Of a DNA stretch of 32,000 nucleotides, positions 18,577-28,850 are shown one piece after another. The first letter of the stretch is position 1; each line of letters opens with the position of its first letter. The notes under the pieces were generated by a model that was not told the DNA's origin, searched no databases, and saw only the letters and a program-made list of their open reading frames with translations. Both the position numbers and the translations under genes were made by a program. Origin of the DNA: Archaeoglobus fulgidus DSM 4304 (GTDB lineage Archaea > Halobacteriota > Archaeoglobi > Archaeoglobales > Archaeoglobaceae); assembly GCF_000008665.1 (NCBI RefSeq), contig NC_000917.1:1170001-1202000 (forward strand), in the 5' to 3' direction.

Positions 18577-19271
18577 TGGTTGTTGGTGGTGGTTACGCGG
18601 GTATTTTGATGGCAGAGAGGCTCAGAGAAAAGGGAGTCGTGGCTAAGGTTTACGACATGAGGGGAAAGGGAGGGGAGCTGGCAGAATTTGCGAGGATAGA
18701 GGAGCTGAGAGATTACTACGGGAAATTCATAGAGGTGATTGAGGAAAGCGACGTTGAGGTTACAAAGGGCTGCGTTGTTTCCACCTATCCTTTAAAGGTA
18801 ATTTCTCCGAGAGGAGTAGAAACTGGCAAGGCTGAGGGCTACTTCATCTGCACAGGAGCCGTTGACTTGACCCCTGCAGCATCGGAGGTTTATGGTAAGA
18901 GAGTGGCGGGAATCTTCACCCTTGAGACCGCAATCAGACTGCTGGCGATGGGGAAGAGAATCGGAAATAAGGTTCTAATCCTCGTAAGGAGAGAGGAGGG
19001 GATTTTCAAGGCGCTGGAGGAGCATTTAATCTCTAAAAACTACGAGGTTGAGCTATTGAAATCCAAAAGCCCCGCAGAAGTTTACGGTGGTAAGAGGGTG
19101 GAGAGAGTTGAGATTGATGGTGAAAGCATTGTTTGCGACACCCTCATAGTTTATGGCGGCAGAATGCCCTTCAATCCAAAAAATCTGAAGGGGGAGCTTG
19201 CAGGAAACGTTGTTGAGTGCACCTACGACTACGAAAAAGTTGAGAAAAACGTTCAGAGGATTATGTTCTGA
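18570..19271 (+). CDS. Short FAD/NAD(P)-binding oxidoreductase partner of the upstream GlpA-like protein
   Basis: VVVVGGGYAGILMAERLREKG dinucleotide motif. Overlaps the end of the upstream gene by 7 nt. Confidence 0.7.
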   Translation: MVVVVGGGYAGILMAERLREKGVVAKVYDMRGKGGELAEFARIEELRDYYGKFIEVIEESDVEVTKGCVVSTYPLKVISPRGVETGKAEGYFICTGAVDLTPAASEVYGKRVAGIFTLETAIRLLAMGKRIGNKVLILVRREEGIFKALEEHLISKNYEVELLKSKSPAEVYGGKRVERVEIDGESIVCDTLIVYGGRMPFNPKNLKGELAGNVVECTYDYEKVEKNVQRIMF

Positions 19272-20263
19272 GCATAGCCGCAGTTAGGACACTTGGGCGG
19301 GTTGTCCCTCACCAGATTGATGTTGTAAACGTAGAATCCCTCCCTTTCAATCAGCAATTCCCCGCAGTTGGGGCAGTAGGTGTTCTCGTACCTATGCCCC
19401 CAGACGTTTCCCGCGTAAACGTACTCAATTCCTTCCTTCTTGGCTATCTCTACAGCCTCCTCAATCTTTTCAACGGGCGTTGGCGGTTTGTCGAGCATCT
19501 TGTAATCTGGATGGAAGCGGGAGAAGTGGACAGGGATTTTTGGAGATAAATCTGCCACCCACCTGCAGAAGTCTCTCAGCTCCTCTCTGCTGTCGTTTTC
19601 GCCGGGAATGATGAGGTAGGTCAGCTCGACAAAAACACCCTTTCGGTGAAGGTACTCGACCGTCTCAAGCACGTGCTCAAGCTTAGCCTTGCATATTTTT
19701 TTGTAAAAGTCTTCGCTAAAGGCCTTGACGTCAACATTGGCTGCATCAAGCACACCTTCAAACTGGTCAACCGCTTCTGGCGTCATGTAGCCGTTGGTGA
19801 CGTAAACCACATAGTATCCAGACTCCTTTACGAGCTTTGAGCTGTCCAGAGCAAACTCATGCCAGATTGCCGGCTCGTTGTATGTCCAAGCAACCCCATC
19901 CGCCCTTCTGTCAATGCACATCCTCAAAACCGTATCCGGGTCGATTTCTCTAAGGTAGGAGTAGTCAAGATCGGCGAAGGCAATCTCAAAGTTCTGGCAG
20001 TGCAGGCAGCGGAAGTTGCAGCTCACACTGCCGAATGACAAAACCTTGCTGCCGGGCTTGAAGTTGTTGAGTGGCTTTTTCTCGATTGGGTCGAGAGCTA
20101 TCGAGGATGCCATTCCGTAGTTTAAAACCAGCAGCTCCCCTCCTTCGTTCTTCCTGACCCTGCAGATTCCTGTTTTTCCTTCCTTGATAATGCAGCGATG
20201 CCAGCAGGTTTTGCACCTTACATCTCCGTTAAGCTTCTCGTAAAGGTACGACCTCACTATCAT
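19253..20263 (-). CDS. AmmeMemoRadiSam system radical SAM protein (AmrS-like, PFL-activase-like)
   Basis: Radical SAM CNFRCLHCQN, N-terminal CKTCWHRCIIKEGKTGICRVR, C-terminal CPNCGELL. Confidence 0.85.
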   Translation of the reverse strand: MIVRSYLYEKLNGDVRCKTCWHRCIIKEGKTGICRVRKNEGGELLVLNYGMASSIALDPIEKKPLNNFKPGSKVLSFGSVSCNFRCLHCQNFEIAFADLDYSYLREIDPDTVLRMCIDRRADGVAWTYNEPAIWHEFALDSSKLVKESGYYVVYVTNGYMTPEAVDQFEGVLDAANVDVKAFSEDFYKKICKAKLEHVLETVEYLHRKGVFVELTYLIIPGENDSREELRDFCRWVADLSPKIPVHFSRFHPDYKMLDKPPTPVEKIEEAVEIAKKEGIEYVYAGNVWGHRYENTYCPNCGELLIEREGFYVYNINLVRDNPPKCPNCGYAQNIIL

Positions 20264-21252
20264 AGCTCGCTCCAGATTTCTCTAATTTCCTTCGCGTACT
20301 CCTCGGGAACAAAGAAGACAACGCTCTCGTCGTGGAACATTTTCGGATAGAACACGTCGCACCAGTAGTACTTTGCGAAAGGTGTTCTGGCAACGATGTT
20401 GATGTTAGTCCTGAAGTGATCGCCGATTCTGTCAGCACAAAACATCGAGAAGTTGAACGCATTGAGATTTTTCCTTCCGTAGTACCTCAAAATTTTCGCT
20501 ATTCCTTCAGCGATGCCCTTCAGCTGCTCATCGCTCATCTGCATAAACTCCCTCTCTTCGGGTATGCCTGTGAAGTGGAAGAACCCCTTCGGAGCGAAGG
20601 CAGCGACCCACTCGGTTTTATCGGTGCTGCCGATGTATCTCTCTCCTCCCTTTTCAACCTCCGCAAGCTTTTTCCAGTAGTCAACGCCGTTGCTCTCTTT
20701 GAACTCAAGAGCGCTCCAGTCGAGTCTAGCGAAGTAGTCGGTTGACACCTCACTTATCATTACCTGAATGTGGGGGTGCATTATGCTGCTTCCGGAGGGC
20801 TTAAGATAGTTCATTCCGATGGTTACGTAATACTTCCCTTCGGGAACTTTCTTCACGTATTCCTGAATCAGCTTGAAGGCGTCGAAGAAGTGCTGCGACT
20901 TGAACTCCGAAACGGGAACGTAGTGCTCCTCAGTCAGCCTCAAAACGAGGGAGTATTTCGAATACGGCGTGAGGTTGGAGAAAAGCACAGCCTCCCCCCT
21001 CTTCCATAGCTCACCTTCCATTATCTCGGGGTCTCGAGACACCATCTGCTCAATCCTTTCTGGGCAGAAAGGGCACCAGGACCTCGTGCTATCAATCTCC
21101 TCCTGAAAATCCCCACTCTGCATCGGAATTGTCTTTTTCAGAATTCTCGACGTCTGCAGCGTCAGAGGGTCGTAGCGTATTTCAACAACGTTCTCTTCAA
21201 CCTTGCCACCAACAAGAATCTTCGCAACCTCAACCTCTTTTCGAAATTCCAT
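20260..21252 (-). CDS. galT: Galactose-1-phosphate uridylyltransferase family protein (HIT superfamily)
   Basis: CPFCPERIE, SGSSIMHPHIQVMIS (HPHIQ active site), YYWCDVFYP. Confidence 0.8.
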   Translation of the reverse strand: MEFRKEVEVAKILVGGKVEENVVEIRYDPLTLQTSRILKKTIPMQSGDFQEEIDSTRSWCPFCPERIEQMVSRDPEIMEGELWKRGEAVLFSNLTPYSKYSLVLRLTEEHYVPVSEFKSQHFFDAFKLIQEYVKKVPEGKYYVTIGMNYLKPSGSSIMHPHIQVMISEVSTDYFARLDWSALEFKESNGVDYWKKLAEVEKGGERYIGSTDKTEWVAAFAPKGFFHFTGIPEEREFMQMSDEQLKGIAEGIAKILRYYGRKNLNAFNFSMFCADRIGDHFRTNINIVARTPFAKYYWCDVFYPKMFHDESVVFFVPEEYAKEIREIWSEL

Positions 21253-21322
21253 GTATGTTCTTGGCTACCGAAGATTTAAAGATTATGAACAACCTTAAAC
21301 TTCCTGAGGTGTAGGTGGTGCG

Positions 21323-21871
21323 ATGAACCTGGATGAGCTTCTGCTCCTCATCGAAAAGAACAGGTCTCAGCTATCAAAAATTGATGATGATTTCTACGAA
21401 AAGCTGAGAGAAAGGATAGCAGAGCTGGAAGAGATGAAGAGCTCCGCAGGAGAGAGCGACTTTTTCAGGTACGAGGATGAGATCAGAACGCTGAAAAGGC
21501 TGCAGAGGAAAATTTTCGAGCTGAGAACCGGAAAGATAATCAGCGCTGCTTGGGCTGAGGTTTGCGGGCAGCAGTTCAGCAGCGATGTCGAGAACATGTG
21601 CAGCGATGAAAGGGTATTTTTCAAAAAGCTGATTGACATAATAAAGGAGTTCAAAAGGAGCATTCTCGAAGGAGGAAAAAGGAAAATTTCCGACAGAGTT
21701 CTTGTAAGGATTAAAAAGGATGTTGAGATACAGGGGGCTGACGGAAAAACATATAAATTGAGGAGGGAAGATGTGGTTACACTCCCTCAGTTGAACGCTG
21801 ATGCTCTAATCAAGGGTGGTATCGCTGAGAGAATAGAGGTGAAAGAGGATGAAGTATCCCAAGAAGGTTAA
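21323..21871 (+). CDS. Archaeal GINS complex subunit (Gins51/Gins15-like)
   Basis: N-terminal coiled-coil region; C-terminal [47 protein letters not shown] is a typical GINS51 B domain. Adjacent to rpl44e as in many euryarchaea. Confidence 0.8.
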   Translation: MNLDELLLLIEKNRSQLSKIDDDFYEKLRERIAELEEMKSSAGESDFFRYEDEIRTLKRLQRKIFELRTGKIISAAWAEVCGQQFSSDVENMCSDERVFFKKLIDIIKEFKRSILEGGKRKISDRVLVRIKKDVEIQGADGKTYKLRREDVVTLPQLNADALIKGGIAERIEVKEDEVSQEG

Positions 21872-22130
21872 GACGTTCTGCCGATATTGCGGAAAACACA
21901 CTCTCCACGAAGTCGAGAGAGTTAGCAAGGGGAAGGCAAGCTCACTGAACTGGATCAACAGGCAGAAGAAGAGGAGGGGAAAAGTTGGTAACCTCGGTAA
22001 GTTCAGCAAGGTTCCCGGTGGGGATAAGCCGACGAAGAGGGTGAACATCAGATTTCGCTGCACTGAGTGCAAGAAAGCTCACCACCGCCCGACGTGGAGA
22101 GCGAAGAGGTTTGAACTAATTGAGAGGTAA
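21849..22130 (+). CDS. rpl44e: Ribosomal protein L44e
   Basis: [29 protein letters not shown] ... [11 protein letters not shown]. Confidence 0.96.
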   Translation: MKYPKKVKTFCRYCGKHTLHEVERVSKGKASSLNWINRQKKRRGKVGNLGKFSKVPGGDKPTKRVNIRFRCTECKKAHHRPTWRAKRFELIER

Positions 22131-22143
22131 AGGGGGTGGTGGT

Positions 22144-22320
22144 GTGCACAGCAGGTTTGTCAAGGTCAAGTGCCCTGACTGCGAGCACGAGCAGGTAATT
22201 TTCGACCACCCCTCCACCATCGTCAAGTGCATAATCTGCGGAAGGACCGTTGCGGAGCCCACAGGCGGGAAGGGCAACATAAAGGCTGAGATAATTGAAT
22301 ACGTTGACCAGATAGAGTAA
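22144..22320 (+). CDS. rps27e: Ribosomal protein S27e
   Basis: In-frame GTG at 22144 gives [35 protein letters not shown]. The track start at 22120 is probably too far upstream. Confidence 0.94.
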   Translation: MHSRFVKVKCPDCEHEQVIFDHPSTIVKCIICGRTVAEPTGGKGNIKAEIIEYVDQIE

Positions 22321-22338
22321 TCCCCTTTTACAATTTTG

Positions 22339-22702
22339 TTAAATTAATGCCAGGACACCGGTCATCACTTTTACCAAGAATTCCACTTCGGGGAAGCCGG
22401 TCAACAAAAGCAGGTTGTGCACCGAGCATATCCCAAGCACGGCTGTGGAGATTGCAAGGCCTGCAACAAGGCCTATATAAATTCCCCTGCCGAGCGAAAA
22501 GCTTAGCCTTCGAGTATAGAGGAGGAGGGCAAAGGCTGTGGCAACAATAGCGATTTTGAGAAGAAGGAATGAAGCGGGATTTAGGGATGATACGAACTCG
22601 TTAAGCTCATGAAATCCCATTTCGATGCCCTTCACCGTTGTCATGTAGTCGGCAAGATTCACGATTGCGAACGTCATCATAAGGAGGTCTGTTTTCTCCA
22701 TA
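22339..22702 (-). CDS. Small integral membrane protein, DUF5658-like
   Basis: Probable start MEKTDLLMMTFAIVNLADYMTTVKGIEMG (ATG at 22702). Three to four hydrophobic helices. Confidence 0.6.
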
Positions 22703-22777
22703 CTTACAATATTGCAATTACAATATAACAAGTTTTTGTTTGCAAAAGTTTTATACACGCCCACACCTCTGAAATTG

Positions 22778-23650
22778 ATGGGTATTGAGGTCGTGGTTCT
22801 GCTCACCACTTTAATGCTTGATGCGGCAGTTGGAGAGCCTCCGGCGTTGCTACATCCGGTGGTGTGGTACGGAAAGCTGATCTCTCTCCTTGAGAGGGCC
22901 AAATTCAGAAAGATGTTGGTAGAGATTTTTTATGGAGCCTTTTGCTGTTTAATTGTCATAACCTTCGCCCTGATTCTCTCCTTGCTTCCCTTCCCTTACC
23001 CCCTGAACTTTCTCTGGGCCGTTTACCTTCTTTTTTCCTCCATATCGGTGAAAAGCATGGTGAACCACGCCAGAGTGTGTGTAGAGAGCGGAGTGGACAG
23101 GAAAGCCGTGCAGATGATTGTGAGCAGAAATACGGAAGAGCTGAGCGAGGAGCAGCTTTGCTCTGCAGTAATTGAATCCGTTGCGGAGAACTATGTTGAT
23201 GGAGTTGTTGCTCCCCTCTTCTACTTCTCAATTTTCGGAGTTGCGGGAGCGGTGGTTTACAGGGCTGTTAACACCTGCGATGCGATGGTGGGATACAGGA
23301 AAGGCAGATACGAGGCTTTCGGGAAGTTTGCCGCAAGGCTTGATGATATCCTGAACTACATTCCCGCAAGGCTTTCCCTGCTCTTCTTCGAGCTTTTGAA
23401 GAGAGGGGCATTTTCCTACGGCTTGAAGAGAAATGTGAAGCTGAATGGCTGCGCAATAGCGGCGATGTCCTACTTGCTTGGCGTTAAGCTTGAGAAGCCA
23501 GGATACTACTCTCTTCCGGGCATAGAGCCAAGTGCTGCTGACATTGAAAGGGCGATAAAGGCTTTTGTAAGACTCACAGTAATTGCAGTAATCTTCACAA
23601 CCATTGCAGTTTCAATCAGGATAGTGTTATTAACAAAGCTGCACTTCTGA
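22778..23650 (+). CDS. cobD: Cobalamin biosynthesis protein CobD/CbiB
   Basis: LLTTLMLDAAVGEPPALLHPVVWYGKLI, SVAENYVDGVVAPLFY, GYRKGRYEAFGKFAARLDDILNYIPARLS. Confidence 0.92.
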   Translation: MGIEVVVLLTTLMLDAAVGEPPALLHPVVWYGKLISLLERAKFRKMLVEIFYGAFCCLIVITFALILSLLPFPYPLNFLWAVYLLFSSISVKSMVNHARVCVESGVDRKAVQMIVSRNTEELSEEQLCSAVIESVAENYVDGVVAPLFYFSIFGVAGAVVYRAVNTCDAMVGYRKGRYEAFGKFAARLDDILNYIPARLSLLFFELLKRGAFSYGLKRNVKLNGCAIAAMSYLLGVKLEKPGYYSLPGIEPSAADIERAIKAFVRLTVIAVIFTTIAVSIRIVLLTKLHF

Positions 23651-23655
23651 AACCA

Positions 23656-25734
23656 ATGATTTGCAACGCCTGCGGGGGCAAGGGATATATCGAAATCGAG
23701 AAGGAATGCGAGATCTGCGGTGGAACAGGGAAGGCAAAGAGCTTTGACCCGAAGATAACGGCCGAGCTTTCCGACGAGCAGATAAAGATGTTCATGAGTG
23801 GTGTTTGTGGAGTTTGCAGGGGAACGGGGAAGGTAAAAATAATGGATGTCTGCAGGGAGTGCAATGGAACGGGGAAAGCTGGAAGGTGCAAGATTTGCGG
23901 GGAGAAGGTTGTTGGCAACCACGACCTCTGCAGCAGGTGCAGAAGGCAGCCCCACGCTTACAGGCTGAGGAACAGCTGCGGCATTGAGGATGTGAGAATA
24001 AACAGAGTTTATGTTGGGACAGTTTCAGCAGTAACAGACATAGGCGTTTTCGTAAACCTGAACAAAAGGCTGAGGGGTCTCATTCACAGAAGGAACCTCG
24101 GAAACAACAGGTTTTCGGAGGATGAAGAGATTTTAGTGCAGGTGAGCGGAATCGGGCTGAGCGGGGAGATTGACCTGAAACCAGTTAAAATGGATGGCTA
24201 CAAGGTTGTTGAAATCTCGAAGGAAGTTGGGAGAGTTGAGATAGCGGAGCTTGAGAACTACATAGGGAAGATGGTTGAGGTAAGGGGGCTGGTTACGCAC
24301 ATCAAGGTCACGGGAGGGCCGACGATTTTCACGCTCCTCGATGGCAGGGCGAGCGTTCAGGCTGCGGCCTTTGAGGGAGGGGAGAGGGCCTATCCAGAGG
24401 TAAGAGTTGATGATGTTGTTAGAGTCATTGGAATAGTAAAGAGGAGGGAGAACAAGCTCCAGATTGAGATTCTTGAGATGGAGAAACTTCTCGGAGAGGA
24501 AGCCTACGAGGTGAGGAAGAGGGTTGAGGCTGAGATAGAGAGGGCATGCGAGCCTGATTTCAGGGGATTCCTCATCGAGAGCGAGGTTCTTGAGGCTCTT
24601 AAAGAGGACATGCTGAAGGTGGCAAAGGAGCTGAAGAAGGCCATCTACGAGTCAAGGCCCGTAATTATCAGGCACCACTGGGATGCTGACGGGACGTGTG
24701 GCGGAGTTGCCCTTGAGAAAGCCCTGACCGATTTGGTTGAGAGAGTGCACTCGGACAGCGAAGCAAAGTACTACCTCGTTAAGAGGAGAGTTTCAAGGGC
24801 TCCTTTCTACGAGCTTGAGGATGTTGTGAGGGATTTAGATGAAAGTTTAGAGGATGCAGAGAGGCACGGAGATAAGATACCTCTGGTTGTTTTGGTTGAT
24901 AACGGCTCTGGCCTTGAGGATGTCCCTGCGATAAGGCAGTTTCTGCTTTTTGGTGCGGATGTAATCACAATCGACCACCACTTTCCCGATGAAGAGGTGG
25001 ACAGCTACCTTCTCTACCACGTTAACCCCTACAAGGTCGGTGGGGACAGCAACTACACCTCCGGAGTGCTCTGCGTTGAGATTGCGAGGATGATATCTGA
25101 CTTGGACATGAAGCACCTCGCAGCCATTTCCGTTGTTGGAGATAGAGCTGAGGGGGAGGTCGAGAGGTACATTGAGCTTTCAGGGAAAAGCAGAGAGGAG
25201 CTTGCCGACATAGCTCTTGCTGTGGAGTACGAGGGCTTTTACCTGAGATTCAGGACTGCAAGCCAGATAATGCACGAGATTCTCGGTTTTGGAAGGCAGG
25301 ACAGGCATGTTAAGCTTGTCAGAATGCTCTCTGAATACGCCAAGGAGGCGATTGAGGAGCAGGTGAAGACGGCGATGGAGGGCGTTAAGGTGCAGATTCT
25401 ACCCAACGGAATAGCCCTTGCCGCTCTGGACGTTGAGAACTACGCCAAGAAGTTCACCTTCCCCCCGCCGGGAAAGCTGACTGGAGAGGTGCACGACAGG
25501 CTTAAGCAGAAGTATGAGAGGATCGTAACCATAGGCTACGGCCCCGACTTTGCTGTTATCAGGAGCGAGGGAGTGGAGCTGGACATTCCGAGGATTGTTA
25601 AAGAGCTTAGGGAGGAGATAGTTGCTGGCGTCGATGGTGGAGGACATCTGGTGGTTGGCTCAATAAAGTTCGTTCAGGCGAAGAGGAAGGAGGTTCTGGC
25701 GAGGCTTGCTGCAAAAATTGGGAACCTGAAGTAG
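23656..25734 (+). CDS. DHH-family phosphoesterase, RecJ-like, with a DnaJ-type zinc finger, S1 domain and OB fold
   Basis: Four CxxCxGxG-like repeats at the N-terminus, S1-like VSAVTDIGVFVNLNKRLRGLIHRR, DHH-family VITIDHHFPDEEVDSYL, C-terminal GVDGGGHLVVGSIKF. Confidence 0.85.
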   Translation: MICNACGGKGYIEIEKECEICGGTGKAKSFDPKITAELSDEQIKMFMSGVCGVCRGTGKVKIMDVCRECNGTGKAGRCKICGEKVVGNHDLCSRCRRQPHAYRLRNSCGIEDVRINRVYVGTVSAVTDIGVFVNLNKRLRGLIHRRNLGNNRFSEDEEILVQVSGIGLSGEIDLKPVKMDGYKVVEISKEVGRVEIAELENYIGKMVEVRGLVTHIKVTGGPTIFTLLDGRASVQAAAFEGGERAYPEVRVDDVVRVIGIVKRRENKLQIEILEMEKLLGEEAYEVRKRVEAEIERACEPDFRGFLIESEVLEALKEDMLKVAKELKKAIYESRPVIIRHHWDADGTCGGVALEKALTDLVERVHSDSEAKYYLVKRRVSRAPFYELEDVVRDLDESLEDAERHGDKIPLVVLVDNGSGLEDVPAIRQFLLFGADVITIDHHFPDEEVDSYLLYHVNPYKVGGDSNYTSGVLCVEIARMISDLDMKHLAAISVVGDRAEGEVERYIELSGKSREELADIALAVEYEGFYLRFRTASQIMHEILGFGRQDRHVKLVRMLSEYAKEAIEEQVKTAMEGVKVQILPNGIALAALDVENYAKKFTFPPPGKLTGEVHDRLKQKYERIVTIGYGPDFAVIRSEGVELDIPRIVKELREEIVAGVDGGGHLVVGSIKFVQAKRKEVLARLAAKIGNLK

Positions 25735-25739
25735 TTGTT

Positions 25740-27134
25740 TTAAAGCCCTAAAACCCCCAAATCCAGCCTCCCTTCCACCTCATCCGCAATCAAATCAGCC
25801 CAATCCTCCTTTTGCCTGAATTTTATGCCCAGATAACCTCCCAGAGCCCTCAGAACGTTTTCATTCCAGAAGAGACCGTGGAGGTAAGTTCCCCAGCACA
25901 TGCCATCCTCGCTGGCACAGCCGTCATCCTCAAAAATGGGATTGCTCGCCCTCGTGATGCCCTTGTGAATCTCGTAGCCCCAAACCTTCTCGCCCCTTAT
26001 CCTGTCCAGAATCACTGCGTTGCCGTTAACTCTCTTCTCTACCTGAACCGTCCTCTTCCTGTACTCCCTGAACTCCGTAACCGCATCGAGAAGCCCGAGC
26101 CCCTTAGCCCTGATTCTGCCATGCTCCACGCCCATGTCGACGAGCTCTCTGCACATTATCTGATATCCCCCGCATATCCCGATGACCGGAATCTCTCCAG
26201 CCTTCCTCACAATCTCCTCTCCCAGCTTTGAGGATTTCAGAGCCTTCAAATCAGCAATGGTGTCCTTGCTGCCGGGAATAATCACAACCTCACAACCGTT
26301 GAGCGAGGAGTTGAGGCTGAGAAACCTCGCATGCTCCCTGAGGGGCTCAAAGTCCGTGAAGTTCGAAACTCTTGGCAGCCTTACTATCCCAACAGTCCCT
26401 TCTGCCCCCCACTCCTCGATGTTCAGCGAGTCCTCCGACGGAAAGTTGTAATCAAGGTAGGGAAGAACTCCCAGCACCCTTATTCCAGTCAGCCTCTCAA
26501 GCTCCCTTATACCGCTCTCAAGCACATCCTCCCTCCCTCTGAGCCTGTTTATCACAAACCCTTTAACGAGCGGCTTTACATCATCTGGCAGGAGTGCGTA
26601 GGTGCCGTAGAGGGAAGCAAAAACCCCGCCCCTGTCTATATCGCCCACAATCAAAATGTCAGGCCTCGCAAACCTCGCTATGTGAATGTTGGGCAAATCC
26701 CTTTCATAGAGATTGATCTCCGCCATCCCACCGGCACCCTCAATAACAACAAAGTCATACTCCTCGGCCAAGCTGAGATAAGCTTCTTCAACAACCCTCT
26801 TCAGCCACTCAACCTTCACCCCGTAATATTTCCTTGAATCAACGTCACCCACAGCCTCCCCCATTACAACAAGCTGAGACACGAAGTTTCCCTTCGGCTT
26901 GAGAAGAACGGGATTCATTCTTTCATCAGGCTCAATGCCCGCAGCAAAGGCCTGATAGGCCTGAGCGATGGCAATCTCCTTTCCCTTTGAAGTGACAAAG
27001 GAGTTCAGGCTCATGTTCTGAGCTTTAAAGGGGGCAACGTCATAGCCCCTTCTGGCCAGAATTCTGCAAAAAGCAGCAGCGAGCAAACTCTTGCCTGCGC
27101 TGCTGGTGGTTCCACCTACCATCAATGAAGGCAT
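25740..27134 (-). CDS. cobQ: Cobyric acid synthase
   Basis: GGTTSSAGKSLLAAAFCRILARRGYDVAPFKAQNMSLNSFVT, GIGGGYQIM-type GICGGYQIM, GTYLHGLF. Confidence 0.95.
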   Translation of the reverse strand: MPSLMVGGTTSSAGKSLLAAAFCRILARRGYDVAPFKAQNMSLNSFVTSKGKEIAIAQAYQAFAAGIEPDERMNPVLLKPKGNFVSQLVVMGEAVGDVDSRKYYGVKVEWLKRVVEEAYLSLAEEYDFVVIEGAGGMAEINLYERDLPNIHIARFARPDILIVGDIDRGGVFASLYGTYALLPDDVKPLVKGFVINRLRGREDVLESGIRELERLTGIRVLGVLPYLDYNFPSEDSLNIEEWGAEGTVGIVRLPRVSNFTDFEPLREHARFLSLNSSLNGCEVVIIPGSKDTIADLKALKSSKLGEEIVRKAGEIPVIGICGGYQIMCRELVDMGVEHGRIRAKGLGLLDAVTEFREYRKRTVQVEKRVNGNAVILDRIRGEKVWGYEIHKGITRASNPIFEDDGCASEDGMCWGTYLHGLFWNENVLRALGGYLGIKFRQKEDWADLIADEVEGRLDLGVLGL

Positions 27135-27168
27135 CAGAAAAAGTTGATTTGAATCAAAAAAACTTTAC

Positions 27169-27705
27169 TCAAATCTTGCCCTTCAGCAGTTCGTGACCCT
27201 TCTCAACCACAATTTTCGTGGGAGTGGGCATCTTCATTGCCGCCCTTCTCAAAGCTTCCTTTGCAATCTCGAAGTGCTCTGGCTTAACCCACACGCTCAT
27301 AATCTTCGTTCCCGGCTTTACTCTTGCAGCCCTGCCTACTGGCTTGCCAAAAGCTGCCCTCATACCCTGTGAAATTCTGTCCGCTCCAGCACCCACAGCC
27401 ATCTTGTGCTCCCTCAGGATGTGGTGCGGGAAGATTCGGAGCTTGAGCTTGTAGTTGCTCGCTCCTGCCCTCCTCGAAACGTACTTGTTGGCAACGACTC
27501 TCGCAGCTTCCAGTGCATTCTCCCTGATTTGCACTGCCTCCTTGGCAACGAGTGTGAGCATAACCGGGAAGTCAGCGCTCTTGTTACCCATGTCGAACAT
27601 TCTGACTCTTGTTCCCGGAGCACCATCGATGTACTCGGTTCTTGTGTATGGCCTTTCAAGCCTTCGCCACATTCTCGCTGGTTTTCTTGCCATGTTCCCC
27701 ACCAC
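27169..27705 (-). CDS. rpl10e: Ribosomal protein L10e (L16/L10AE)
   Basis: MARKPARMWRRLERPYTRTEYIDGAPG, KLRIFPHHILREHKMA, RISQGMRAAFGKPVG. Most of the N-terminus matches; start may be at the second Met. Confidence 0.95.
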   Translation of the reverse strand: MVGNMARKPARMWRRLERPYTRTEYIDGAPGTRVRMFDMGNKSADFPVMLTLVAKEAVQIRENALEAARVVANKYVSRRAGASNYKLKLRIFPHHILREHKMAVGAGADRISQGMRAAFGKPVGRAARVKPGTKIMSVWVKPEHFEIAKEALRRAAMKMPTPTKIVVEKGHELLKGKI

Positions 27706-27730
27706 CTCAGCATGTCAAATAAAGGTTTCG

Positions 27731-28849
27731 TCACCTTTTCGACAGAGGGATGAACTTCTTCTCCTTCTCCCCCACATACTCCGCTCTTGGCCTTATAAGC
27801 CTGTTGTTCTCGTACTGCTCTATGATGTGGGCAGTCCAGCCTGAAATCCTGCCCATAGCGAAGATGTTGACGAAGAGGTCGTCGGGAATGCCGAGGTTGG
27901 CGTAAACGCTTGCGGAGTAGAAGTCAACGTTTGGAAGGAGCTTCTTGTACTTGTAAGCAGCCTTGGCGATGGCCTCGCTGATTTCGAACCACTTCGTTGA
28001 GCCTTCAGCAGCAAGTCTTTTAGCCAGATACCTCAGCAACTCCGCCCTTGGGTCCATAACTCCTCTGTAAACCCTGTGCCCGAATCCCATTATCCTCTCT
28101 CCAGCCTCTATTTTTCTTTTCACGTACTCCTCAGCCCTTCTTGGAGATGCAACCTCCCTAAGCATCCTCATGACCTCCTGCGCCGCTCCTCCATGCAGCG
28201 GCCCCATCAGCGTTCCAGTTGCGGCAACAACGCAGGCGTAGATGTCTGCAAGAGTTGACGCTGCAATCCTCGCCGCAAAGGTTGAGGCATTTAGCTCGTG
28301 CTCCGCGTGAAGAATTAAATCCATGTCCAGCGCTCTCTCAGCAGTTTTGGTTGGTTCCTCCCCGTGAAGCATGTACAGAAAGTTTGCAGCATGGCTGAAT
28401 TCAAGAGCTGGCGGAATTATGTTCCTTCCCGTCCTGATTCTGTGATAGTAAGCCACTATTGTGGGAAACTTGGCAATCAAGTCCTTTGCCTTGTTGAAAG
28501 TTTCCTCCCTCGTCCTTACAGCTATCTTCTTGTCAAGGCTGCCGAGGTAGCTTGTTGCAGTTCTGAGCACGACCATGGGGTGCGTGTATGGCGGCAGATG
28601 AGTGAGGAGACCTATGATTTGAGGTGGTAGCTCCCTCCTCTCAGCAAGCTCTATTTTGAAGTCCTGAAGCTCGTATTTCTTCGGCAGCTCTCCGTAAAGC
28701 AGAAGGTAAGCCACCTCCTCGTAGCTTGCCTTTCTCGCAAGGTCACGGATGTCGTAACCCCTGTACTCAAGAATTGCCCTCCCGTTTTCAAGGGCAATCC
28801 TCGAAATCGTGGTTTTGCAGGCAATCACATCTTCCAATCCGTCCTTCAT
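27731..28849 (-). CDS. gltA: Citrate synthase
   Basis: Likely start MKDGLEDVIACKTTIS (ATG at 28849; the longer track ORF would overlap the upstream gene). LHAEHELNASTFAAR, GPLHGGAAQEV, GFGHRVYRG. Confidence 0.93.
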   Translation of the reverse strand: MKDGLEDVIACKTTISRIALENGRAILEYRGYDIRDLARKASYEEVAYLLLYGELPKKYELQDFKIELAERRELPPQIIGLLTHLPPYTHPMVVLRTATSYLGSLDKKIAVRTREETFNKAKDLIAKFPTIVAYYHRIRTGRNIIPPALEFSHAANFLYMLHGEEPTKTAERALDMDLILHAEHELNASTFAARIAASTLADIYACVVAATGTLMGPLHGGAAQEVMRMLREVASPRRAEEYVKRKIEAGERIMGFGHRVYRGVMDPRAELLRYLAKRLAAEGSTKWFEISEAIAKAAYKYKKLLPNVDFYSASVYANLGIPDDLFVNIFAMGRISGWTAHIIEQYENNRLIRPRAEYVGEKEKKFIPLSKR

Positions 28850-28850
28850 T

